Of a stretch of 64,000 nt of DNA, positions 50,557-59,232 are shown piece by piece (position 1 is the first letter of the stretch; every line of letters begins with the position of its first letter). The stretch is taken from positions 1 through 64,000 of IMG/VR virus record IMGVR_UViG_3300033075_001536. The stretch is one strand, 5' to 3'. Both the position numbers and the translations under genes were made by a program. The notes under the pieces were generated by a model, which did not search any database, was not told where the DNA came from, and was given only the letters and a program-made list of their open reading frames with translations. Source of the stretch: a virus. Its lineage: Duplodnaviria; Caudoviricetes.

Positions 50557-51097
50557 AGAACAAAAAATGAGTTGGTATGTCATAAAGACACAATCAAACA
50601 AAGAAAGAAGTGTTGTAGAAAAATTAAACCTAGAAATGTCTAGAAGTAGTATTCAAGATAAGGTGGGTCGAATTGTCATTCCAACCGAAAAAGAGGTTCA
50701 GATTAAAGATGGTAAAAGAGTATTTAGAGAGAAAATTACCATGCCTGGATATGTTTTTATACAAACCGGTGCTATTGGTGAATTAACACATATCTTAAAA
50801 AATATAAACGGGACCTCTGGATTTTTAAGAACAAAGGATGGTAACCCACAAACGATGAAAGATATAGATGTTGCTAAAATGTTAAACGAGCAAGAATTAG
50901 TTGATTCTAAAGAGCTTAATTCTTCCTTCATTCTTAATGAAGAGGTTAAAATTATTGACGGGCCTTTTGCATCATTTAAAGGAAATGTTGAATTTGTGGA
51001 TAAAGATAGAAATAAAATAAGGGTCTCGGTTTCTATTTTTGGTAAAAAGACGATGCTTGATTTACACTTACTTCAAGTTGAGAAGGTAGAAAACTAA
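50549..51097 (+). CDS. nusG: Transcription elongation factor NusG
   Basis: WYVIKTQSNKE, MPGYVFI, KOW motif VKIIDGPFASFKG, VSIFGK. Confidence 0.93.
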   Translation: MVKEQKMSWYVIKTQSNKERSVVEKLNLEMSRSSIQDKVGRIVIPTEKEVQIKDGKRVFREKITMPGYVFIQTGAIGELTHILKNINGTSGFLRTKDGNPQTMKDIDVAKMLNEQELVDSKELNSSFILNEEVKIIDGPFASFKGNVEFVDKDRNKIRVSVSIFGKKTMLDLHLLQVEKVEN

Positions 51098-51098
51098 G

Positions 51099-51866
51099 AT
51101 GGCTAGATTTGGATCACTTATTGAAAAGGATAGGAAAATCTACGGAAATTGTCAAGTTTTATCACCTGATGGAATTCTTATGTTCAGATGTGATGATAAG
51201 AAATTAAATTGGTATCTAAAGAGAGATTTGGCCGAATTAGTGGAAGAGGATCCAAAAACAATTAAATTAAAATTTACTCCAAATGGTCTTGGTAATCATA
51301 ATAAGCAATATGGTCTCACCGTTATGGAAAACAAATGTGTTTGTTGTGGTGGTATAGAGTTTTTAACCCGTCACCATGTAGTGCCTTATTGTTATAGAAG
51401 ATATTTTCCAACCGAGATAAAATCACATAATTTTCACGATGTTTTATCACTTTGTGTGGATTGTCATGAGAAATATGAAGTATTCTCCTTTGAGAAAAAG
51501 AGAGAGCTAGCTAATATACACTCAGCCCCAATTAATGGGGATATTATTGATAATAAAGACATTATAAGGATGCGGAGAATTGCTTCTGGAATTTTATTTA
51601 ATTCTAATATCCCTGATAATAGAATTAGAGAAATGAAAAAAGAAATTAAAAATTTCCTTGGTTTGAAGAGATTATCTTTCAAAAAGATTAAACAATTATC
51701 TGATTTAGATATACCAATTTATAGTAAAACACATGGTGAAATGGTAGTTGCTAAGATTGAGAATCTACAAGAATTTATCCAAATGTGGAGAGAACATTTT
51801 ATAGAAAATTCAAATTGCAAATATTTACCAGATAACTGGAGCACAAAAAATGAATTTGGTAAATAA
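51099..51866 (+). CDS. HNH-type nuclease resembling the EXD2 C-terminal domain
   Basis: YGNCQVLSPDG...WYL, CVCCG, RHHVVPYCYR, HDVLSLCVDCHEKY, WREHF. Confidence 0.7.
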   Translation: MARFGSLIEKDRKIYGNCQVLSPDGILMFRCDDKKLNWYLKRDLAELVEEDPKTIKLKFTPNGLGNHNKQYGLTVMENKCVCCGGIEFLTRHHVVPYCYRRYFPTEIKSHNFHDVLSLCVDCHEKYEVFSFEKKRELANIHSAPINGDIIDNKDIIRMRRIASGILFNSNIPDNRIREMKKEIKNFLGLKRLSFKKIKQLSDLDIPIYSKTHGEMVVAKIENLQEFIQMWREHFIENSNCKYLPDNWSTKNEFGK

Positions 51867-52276
51867 TGGATGTTGATAAAGTTATAGAAATTTATAAAAA
51901 TTATAAACTAAGATGTTCCACTATCTTGGAAATGTCCAAATTGTACTATAAATATGAACAAAAATATATTCAAGACTCTCATCAAGAAATAAGAAAGGAG
52001 TTGGAGCTAAAATTTAAAGATGTTGATTTTAGAGAATTTACTAAAGAAACTTTAATAAAAGAATTTAATTTTGGACCATGGGATGACGATTTAGTGTTGT
52101 GTCCAATCTGGACAGATGGTTTAATAAAAGAGGGAACTGAGTTATATACCATTAGTGAAAATATGGTAATATATAAAAAGGGAGAGTTGAGTAATGACTC
52201 TAGATTTGGCTGCTTCTGTTACGGATTTAGAACATCTGATTTGAGGGACTACAAGTTAAAAAATTTAACAGAATAA
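51866..52276 (+). CDS. Hypothetical protein with RDYKL tail
   Basis: Ends DLRDYKLKNLTE. Confidence 0.7.
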   Translation: MDVDKVIEIYKNYKLRCSTILEMSKLYYKYEQKYIQDSHQEIRKELELKFKDVDFREFTKETLIKEFNFGPWDDDLVLCPIWTDGLIKEGTELYTISENMVIYKKGELSNDSRFGCFCYGFRTSDLRDYKLKNLTE

Positions 52277-52277
52277 T

Positions 52278-52745
52278 ATGCAATTAATAACAACAAAAAC
52301 AGTTTTGGCAATGGATATGGGAGTATCTAACAATTTATTCGGTGGAATAATGCTTTCATGGCTAGATCTTTCTGGAGCAGCCTATGCTGCCCAAGTTTGT
52401 GATTCACCTAGATTAGTTACTAAGAAATTTGAAGAAGTTGTATTCGAAAAACCTTGCAAAATCGGAAATCTAATTAAGATATATGGAACAGTTGTAAAAT
52501 TTGGAAACACCTCTATTACTATAAAATTAGAAGCTAGAAAACATAATGTAGAAACTGGATCGCAACAAATTGTTTGTACTACCAAAGTGGTTTTTGTAAA
52601 AATAAATGATGAGGGAGAGCCTGTTCCTATTTCAGATCGTGTAAAAGACCGATATAAAGAAAGAGTCAAAAAGTTCGGAAAAGGACTTCTTACACCAGAA
52701 GAGCTGGAATCTGAAATAAAATCAAAACTAGAAAAATCTTCATAA
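52278..52745 (+). CDS. Acyl-CoA thioesterase (hotdog fold, YciA-like)
   Basis: NLFGGIMLSWLD, F.KP..IG, GNTSI, VFVKI...G.P.P. Confidence 0.88.
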   Translation: MQLITTKTVLAMDMGVSNNLFGGIMLSWLDLSGAAYAAQVCDSPRLVTKKFEEVVFEKPCKIGNLIKIYGTVVKFGNTSITIKLEARKHNVETGSQQIVCTTKVVFVKINDEGEPVPISDRVKDRYKERVKKFGKGLLTPEELESEIKSKLEKSS

Positions 52746-52814
52746 GTAAAATAGTAAAAAATCGATTTTGGAATATAATATATATTATAATTAAAAAAAT
52801 AATTAGAAGCCAAA

Positions 52815-53219
52815 ATGAGCAATATTTACATTAAAATCGATTCAGCACAGTATTTAACATCTTCAGCAGGTCCATCATTGAGACACATTGCTGGGACAAT
52901 TTCCCTAACCTATTCTTACGCTAGAGTAAGAGGATCTGCGGACACTATCCTTTTAAAAGGAACTCAATCAACAGGCTCTGCAATGGTTTTTGAAGGAGCT
53001 AGCTCAACTGGGGCAACTGCTGATACATCATCTGCTGCGACATCAAGTTTATTTAGAAGTTTCTTTGTTGGAACTTGTTCGGCTACTTATAGTGGAAGTA
53101 CTGGTATTGGAGGTGGAACTAATTCACACGGACCACTCATCGCTGGTAATTATCCATTGACACTCTCATTTGCATCACATGGTAATGTGTCACCTGGTTA
53201 TATTTTAACAGTATCTTAA
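52815..53219 (+). CDS. Small S/G/T/A-rich putative virion protein
   Basis: Composition; stand-alone unit with AATATATA upstream and a strong terminator. Confidence 0.55.
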   Translation: MSNIYIKIDSAQYLTSSAGPSLRHIAGTISLTYSYARVRGSADTILLKGTQSTGSAMVFEGASSTGATADTSSAATSSLFRSFFVGTCSATYSGSTGIGGGTNSHGPLIAGNYPLTLSFASHGNVSPGYILTVS

Positions 53220-53247
53220 TTTTTATAAATTAAATTATTTTATATTT

Positions 53248-53287
53248 TTCACCAATTCCTGTAAAAAGAATTGGTGAATTTTTTTTT
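53248..53287 (+). terminator. Intrinsic terminator
   Basis: TTCACCAATTC / GAATTGGTGAA 11-bp stem followed by a T run. Confidence 0.8.
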
Positions 53288-53391
53288 ATTCTAATACATT
53301 CTCCAATTTTAAGTCTCTTAAAACTGATTTATTACTAATAACATCATTTATTTTCAAACTTACAATATGGACAAGTAAAATATCCCGGCAT
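53286..53391 (-). pseudogene. Remnant of a small Zn-ribbon gene with RDLKL tail
   Basis: MPGYFTCPYCKFENK* then, in a shifted frame, KINDVISNKSVLRDLKLENVLE*. Confidence 0.5.
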
Positions 53392-53393
53392 AT

Positions 53394-53741
53394 TTAAAAT
53401 ATTTTTTCAGACTTTATCTCTATATCAACTAAATGGTTTTTTAAAAATTTTTCACGATTATGCCCTCCAATTGGCATTCCAGTTTTTGGACTAATAAATT
53501 GCCAACCATACTTACCATCTAAGTCTAAAAATTCTCTAACTCTATAATTCCCAGAGTGGATTGGATTAAATTTTAAAGCTTTATCATTTGATAAAATCAT
53601 TACCCTGTGTATTGGTCTGCGAACATATACCTCTAGTATACGAGTGGTTACTTTAGGATTTTTTTGACCAGACTTTCTTAATTCTCTTAGATGAGCTTTA
53701 TTTCCCTCACTACCATACCTAAAAATATCAATATGTTTCAT
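53394..53741 (-). CDS. Hypothetical basic protein (likely start MKHIDIF)
   Basis: TAACTTTG element at 53748-53755 (minus) supports the ATG at 53741. Confidence 0.65.
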   Translation of the reverse strand: MKHIDIFRYGSEGNKAHLRELRKSGQKNPKVTTRILEVYVRRPIHRVMILSNDKALKFNPIHSGNYRVREFLDLDGKYGWQFISPKTGMPIGGHNREKFLKNHLVDIEIKSEKIF

Positions 53742-53892
53742 TTTGAACAAAGTTAATTATTAATTTCAACTTTTCAAAAATTATATATACATTTGTATAT
53801 AAGTTTGCCTCATTGTGTGTTTGAAGAGTGTGTTTGAGAGGTAAATTCAAAAAATAATCCATTTATGGACGACCCTAGTTATTTAAAAACCA

Positions 53893-54156
53893 ATGAAGAA
53901 AAATCTCAAAGAAATGTTAAGTCACAGAGAGAAGATAGCAGCAATATGCCTTCTAATGGGCTCGTTTTTCCTTCCATTTGGATACGATGCCCTTTTTGCT
54001 ATTATCATGAAATTAACCAATTCATATTGGATTACGGATTTTATTTTCTATTGTATTTCGGCAGCTTTCTTTGGGTTCTATTTTTACTTATCTGGATATA
54101 ATCCATTTAGTCGAGTTTATTTAAAGATCAGGGGAATCTTTTTTTCTAAGTTTTAG
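53893..54156 (+). CDS. Small two-TM membrane protein
   Basis: Two hydrophobic segments, FFLPFGYD; TACATTTG at 53788-53795. Confidence 0.65.
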   Translation: MKKNLKEMLSHREKIAAICLLMGSFFLPFGYDALFAIIMKLTNSYWITDFIFYCISAAFFGFYFYLSGYNPFSRVYLKIRGIFFSKF

Positions 54157-54918
54157 AATTTCTTTATATGTTGGATTTCCACTATCAAATTTGTTCGATT
54201 TTATAATATTTTCACTAGACCACATTGGTATAATATTTTTATAATGGCTTAAAATTTTTAACTCTTCCTCTGTTTTAGCAATAGATATTGGTATGGTGTG
54301 ATCTAGGTGCCAAAGGCTTCTATTTTCCCAATTCATTCCTTCTACAAAATTATCTTCGATATGTTTTTTAAACTCTTGCATTGAACATCCTAATATATCT
54401 TTCGATTTAAAATCTTTTTCCATACCTATTAGTTTTAAATATTTTCTTATTCGACTACTATATCTCAATTTCAAGTTCCAAATAGGGTCTTTTTCGAGGA
54501 CTTCTCTTTTGTATATCTTTCTTGTTGCATTTATTTTCCTTCTATTATTCTTTGAATATTCTTTGCTGTATCTTTTCTTTTCATCTGGAGAAAGTAGATA
54601 TTTCATTTTTTGATTATTGGATATTTTTTCCTTGTTTTTTATATTATATTTTTTTAGATATTCTTTTTTACATAATTTACAAATTCTTTTTTGATGTATA
54701 AACTCCTCTATTTTCTTTTCTTTATCACACGAACTACAAATTTTTTTATCTGGTTTAATACCCTTTTTAATAGTAAATTCTTTGTTTTTGTTCCCTCTTC
54801 GATATTCCCTTAAATATTTTATACGACACATTTTACACTCATTTCTTATCTTTCCTGATCCTCTTTTACCAAACTCGGTAGTGTCCTTTTCAATTTTACA
54901 AACTTGACAAATTTTCAT
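54121..54918 (-). mobile_element. Free-standing HNH-type homing endonuclease with Zn-finger repeats
   Basis: Repeated C..C..EK...EF...C..C; LGCS, GMNWEN, WHLDHTIP, HYKN..PMW..EN..KSNK. Confidence 0.75.
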
Positions 54919-55079
54919 CTAATATATATTAATGACACCATAACCCCTTTGGGTTTGTTTTATTTGATTTATTATTCCAAATCTTGAATTATAATTCCTA
55001 TTTTAGCCTAAATCATTTTTATATATAATAGAAAGGATAAATTAACAAAATTAATTTAAACTTTTTATATATAGTTAAT

Positions 55080-56348
55080 ATGAAATTGACAGGATACAAT
55101 GAATTTATTTTAGAGAACCAAATCGCAGAACTACTAGTGGAATCACAAATTGTTTATTCGCAGAAATTTCTTAACCTATTAAACACTATGGGTAGAACTC
55201 CAATAGTTCCTAAACTATTGACACTACAATCACAAGATAAAGAAATTCAACAAAATTATATTGATGTTGGTGGTGCTAAAGACACCGTCACTTTCACACC
55301 AGAAAGAAAGGTTAGAGAGCTAACTGGCAATAGAAATATTGTCTATGTTAGACAAGGAACTGGTGGGTGTTTAAGTCACATGAGTCGAAATCGATTTATT
55401 TTTGGAAGACTTGGATATACACCAGAGGGTGGATACATTACTGATGAGACACAATCACCACACTACAAACCACAAGAAGGAGAAGTTGGTAAAATTGTTG
55501 CTACTACACAAGGTATTAAAGCTCCCATTCAGACCTATGTCTTATTTGAGTGTACCGAAGGTGCTAATAAAGGTAAACAGTGTGTTATTAATAGAAGAAA
55601 GTTGAATGAAAGAGATGATACCTTTTCACAGATTTGGACAACTCAAAGAAATTCAATTAAAGTTGGAAGACTTGCAAGAGCTTTGATAACTCTACTCGGA
55701 GAAACTGTTACTGATGCTCAAGTAGAAGACTTTGTAAACAAATACAAATCTGCCTATGATGTAATGAATGATGCTTTCTCAAGATTTGATATTGTCGAAG
55801 GAAATAAAATTGCTTACTGGTATAACTATGAAAGATATGAGGATGAAAATGAAGGTGTTTTAGGATCTTCTTGTATGAAAAATGCTAGTTCTAGTTGGCT
55901 TAAAATTTATACAAAAAATCCAGAACAATGTAAATTAGTAATTTTGTATTCTGATGCTGGATCTATTGTGGATGGTAAATTTAAATCTGAAAAGATTAGA
56001 GGAAGAGCAATTCTATGGAAAACAGATCAAGGTGATATGTTTATGGAAAGAATCTATACCAAAGATGATTCTGATGTTGATTTATATAAACAATTTTGCT
56101 TCCACAATGGTTGGTGGTGTAGAACTCGTCAACAATATGGAACCGAATTCCAAGTTGAGAATGGTCACCAAACCAAAACAGCTCAATATGTAGTTACATT
56201 AGCAGAGTGTGATTTTAATCACTATCCATTTGTTGATTCTCTATGTTATTTGAATACATCAACTAAGAAAATATCCAATGTTCGGAGCTTAGTCTCTCCA
56301 GATAGAGTTATACAAAATACGGGTGGTGGATATAGTCCGTGTAGATAA
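55080..56348 (+). CDS. SCM-family phage protein (paralog 4)
   Basis: MKLTGYNEFILE; KVGRLAR, LGSSCMK, GRAILW, FMERIY, YPFVDS. Confidence 0.75.
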   Translation: MKLTGYNEFILENQIAELLVESQIVYSQKFLNLLNTMGRTPIVPKLLTLQSQDKEIQQNYIDVGGAKDTVTFTPERKVRELTGNRNIVYVRQGTGGCLSHMSRNRFIFGRLGYTPEGGYITDETQSPHYKPQEGEVGKIVATTQGIKAPIQTYVLFECTEGANKGKQCVINRRKLNERDDTFSQIWTTQRNSIKVGRLARALITLLGETVTDAQVEDFVNKYKSAYDVMNDAFSRFDIVEGNKIAYWYNYERYEDENEGVLGSSCMKNASSSWLKIYTKNPEQCKLVILYSDAGSIVDGKFKSEKIRGRAILWKTDQGDMFMERIYTKDDSDVDLYKQFCFHNGWWCRTRQQYGTEFQVENGHQTKTAQYVVTLAECDFNHYPFVDSLCYLNTSTKKISNVRSLVSPDRVIQNTGGGYSPCR

Positions 56349-56415
56349 TACTTGAATTTATTTAAATTTAAACACTTTTAATTTTTTACTTATTTTTAAT
56401 TAAATATATAATTTA

Positions 56416-56664
56416 ATGACTAGTTCAACCAAAGAAGAATTGTCGAATACTATTAAAATAATGGGTATAGATACCAATGAAATAGAGGTAGATATAACTC
56501 TCGGTGGACTTTTTTTTAACACCGTAGAACTTGTTCCAGAAGAAGATAAGATTATTCTTCATTATTTTGAAGATAACTATGATTATGAGTTTGACTTTGA
56601 TGACTTTGATGAAGAGAATCAAAAACAAATCTATAATTTGATTTCAATAACTTTACTAAATTAA
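56416..56664 (+). CDS. Small acidic protein
   Basis: 82 aa; AATATATA upstream. Confidence 0.6.
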   Translation: MTSSTKEELSNTIKIMGIDTNEIEVDITLGGLFFNTVELVPEEDKIILHYFEDNYDYEFDFDDFDEENQKQIYNLISITLLN

Positions 56665-56781
56665 TTTATAAAAAATCCACTAATCTATAAACTTTATTAA
56701 TTTAATATCATATATACAAAGATAATTTATCGGAAACTATTTTTTGACTAAGACTACTTAGTTCAAAAAAAAAATTTCAAA

Positions 56782-57666
56782 ATGGTAAAAGAAAAGAAGA
56801 TTTCAGCTCGACCTTACGAGCAAACAATGATTAAGCCTCTAGATTTTGACAAAATGACTCAAAAATTAAGAGGTTTTTTTATGCCACTTGGCTTTAAAGA
56901 AACATTTCCACAACCTAGAGTATCTATTCTAGCAGCCTGTGAGGATCCAAAAACAATTAGAAAGTACACATTTTCTGGAACAGAATGGCCTCTCATTCAA
57001 ACCAATCAAATGTGGTTAGAACATGACATTTTAAAAGAACCAGAATTGGAAGGTGTTTTTTGTTTATCTACCTCATATAGAGACGAGCCAAATCCAATAG
57101 AAGGAAGACACAATAAAATATTCCCAATGTTTGAAGCGGAGCACCTTGGAGATTACGAACATTTATTAAAAACATTATCAGACTTATGTGTTCACCTAGG
57201 ATTTGTCAAATCAACAAAAGATATTCCATTTTTTACTTATGATGAGCTTTGTGAAAAATATGGAACTTTAATACTTGAATCTGAACACGAAACAAAAATG
57301 TGGGAGGAGTATGGTGATGTGGTTGCAATCACACATTTCCCTCAACGAACAAGTCCATTTTGGAACATGAAATCAATTGGCAAAAATAAACACGGTGAAA
57401 AAATATATGCAAAATGTGATTTCATTATTTGTGGACAAGAAACCATTGGATCTGCTGAAAGAGATACAGACATTGAAACGATGAGGAAAAATTTCCATAC
57501 TATTTCTGGTGGGGAATATGCTAAAATTTTGTTTGATCAATTCTCAGAGGAAAGAGTAGAGTCAGAACTAGAAGACTTCTTTAGTTTACCAATGGTTGAG
57601 AGATGGGGATTTGGGATGGGACTTACAAGACTTCATAGAGCTTTAAAAATTAAAAATCTGATTTAA
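56782..57666 (+). CDS. Class IIb (Asp/Asn/Lys) aaRS-like catalytic domain with no anticodon-binding domain
   Basis: Motif 1 LRGFF..GF.E; motif 2 SYRDEP...RH..IFPMFEAE; ETIGSAER; motif 3 GFGMGLTRL; 294 aa. Confidence 0.85.
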   Translation: MVKEKKISARPYEQTMIKPLDFDKMTQKLRGFFMPLGFKETFPQPRVSILAACEDPKTIRKYTFSGTEWPLIQTNQMWLEHDILKEPELEGVFCLSTSYRDEPNPIEGRHNKIFPMFEAEHLGDYEHLLKTLSDLCVHLGFVKSTKDIPFFTYDELCEKYGTLILESEHETKMWEEYGDVVAITHFPQRTSPFWNMKSIGKNKHGEKIYAKCDFIICGQETIGSAERDTDIETMRKNFHTISGGEYAKILFDQFSEERVESELEDFFSLPMVERWGFGMGLTRLHRALKIKNLI

Positions 57667-57680
57667 TCAGGTTTTTTTTT
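57652..57680 (+). terminator. Probable intrinsic terminator overlapping the stop codon
   Basis: AAAAATCTGAT-TTA-ATCAGGTTTTT plus T run. Confidence 0.5.
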
Positions 57681-57693
57681 GTGAATATTTTAA

Positions 57694-57792
57694 TGTTGGG
57701 TGGTGAAATTGGCAAACACACCGTACTGTCTATACGGCATGGATAAAGGAATAAAAACCTCCATATACATCGTTCGAATCGTGTCCCAACAG
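57694..57792 (+). tRNA. Atypical long-variable-arm tRNA, anticodon GUC (nominally Asp), no encoded CCA
   Basis: Acceptor TGTTGGG/CCCAACA + G; D-arm GTG-AAATTGGCAAA-CAC; anticodon stem CCGTA/TACGG with loop CTGTCTA; ATGGA/TCCAT variable arm; TTCGAAT T-loop. Confidence 0.8.
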
Positions 57793-57830
57793 CTGTAGAA
57801 AAAGGTTTTGAAAATTTAATATATAAAATT

Positions 57831-58487
57831 ATGAAACCATTGTTTGATATCAATGATTATAAGAATATAAAATGTTTAGAATTTGAATGTGAATTTTGTG
57901 GAAAGTCATTTGCTCCTTTAAGGAGAAATGCAATACAATCTATTCGTAAAGTTCAAAATGTTCAATTCTGTTCTACTATTTGTAGAATAAATGCTCGTGT
58001 AGAAAAAATAGAAATACCTTGTTCTAATTGTAATAAATTGGTGTATAGAACAAGCTCACACTTTAAAAAAAGCAAAAATAAACGGGCTTTTTGCTCAAAA
58101 TCTTGTTCAGCAATTTATAATAATACCCATAAAGCCTATGGAACAAGACGAAGTAAATTAGAAGCATGGATAGAAAAGAATTTAAAAGATAGATATAATT
58201 TTGAAATAATATTTAACGGAAAAGAAGAAATTAATAGCGAGTTAGATATTTTTATACCGAGTTTAAAATTGGCATTTGAATTAAGCGGAATTTTTCATTA
58301 CGAGCCAATTTATGGAATTGAAAAATTAAATATGGTAAAAAATAATGATAATAGAAAATTTCAAGCTTGTTTAGAAAAAGGAATAAAATTGTGTATAATT
58401 GATACTTCAAATAGTAAAAAATTTAAACCAGAAAGAGATAAAAAATATTTAAATATTATAGAAAAAATAATAGACTCAAAAAATTAA
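57831..58487 (+). mobile_element. Free-standing endonuclease: treble-clef Zn repeats plus PD-(D/E)XK (Vsr/DUF559-like) domain
   Basis: CEFC..FCS..C and CSNC..FCSKSC; SKLE, ELDIFIPSLKLAFELSG.FHY. Confidence 0.7.
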
Positions 58488-58517
58488 ACCATAAAAACAT
58501 AAAATTAAATTGAGTGA

Positions 58518-58724
58518 TTATAAATTTGACCAAGTTTGATGACTAACAATACCATCTACTTCTATTCCAGCAGATTTTTGGAATTTAGTTACCGATATTA
58601 ATAAATTTTGTGAAAAATTTTCATCTATTTTACCGGTGAAAAGTCCCTTCTCTTTTAATTTAGTTTGGAGATATCTAACATCTTCTCCAGAATCACCTAG
58701 TTTAAGAGTCCTTTTTAGCTTCAT
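58518..58724 (-). CDS. Stand-alone peptidoglycan-binding domain (PG_binding_1)
   Basis: LKLGDSGEDVRYLQTKL...FQ...GIEVDGIV...TW. Confidence 0.85.
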   Translation of the reverse strand: MKLKRTLKLGDSGEDVRYLQTKLKEKGLFTGKIDENFSQNLLISVTKFQKSAGIEVDGIVSHQTWSNL

Positions 58725-59217
58725 ATCTTTCTTTATTTTTTTGATCCATAAATGCTTTTAAATCTTCATATGAAACAGCTCCTGGGTTTTTAAACAACGC
58801 CTCAGCATTGGCTTTTTTCTTCTCATCCTCTTTTCTTTTTTGACCGTTTAGAGATCTTTCCTCTATTTTCTCATCTAGCTCTTTTAATAGACATCCTAGA
58901 TAGGCATCAATTCCCTTTTCATTTAGTATTATTTTACTAAACTCTAAAATATATTCTTCATTTTTCTCAGTATAGATTGCTAATTTTGAATCGGTAATAT
59001 AATAATCCACATAGAAATGTAAATCTCCAATAATACCTTGTCCATAAATAGTCGTCTTGTATAAATTGTTATAGAAAAAAGCAAATCCATCTTTATCAAA
59101 ATTTTTACGATTTCCAGAATTATCCGGCATCGTTGCAGTATATCCTAGGGACATTTTAAAATATTTTGATTTCTTTACTTCTTGAATAATTTGTAGGTTG
59201 GTAACAATGCTATACAT
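58702..59217 (-). CDS. Hypothetical protein
   Basis: 171-aa ORF; AATATATA upstream. Confidence 0.7.
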   Translation of the reverse strand: MYSIVTNLQIIQEVKKSKYFKMSLGYTATMPDNSGNRKNFDKDGFAFFYNNLYKTTIYGQGIIGDLHFYVDYYITDSKLAIYTEKNEEYILEFSKIILNEKGIDAYLGCLLKELDEKIEERSLNGQKRKEDEKKKANAEALFKNPGAVSYEDLKAFMDQKNKERYEAKKDS

Positions 59218-59232
59218 GAATGTATATATTCT

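Noticed and set aside
57726-57732. Reading the tRNA as an amber suppressor (CUA in loop CTGTCTA)
   Set aside because: With the 5-bp stem CCGTA/TACGG the centred triplet is GUC; CUA is off register
57650-57853. 67-aa minus-strand ORF
   Set aside because: Antisense shadow of the tRNA
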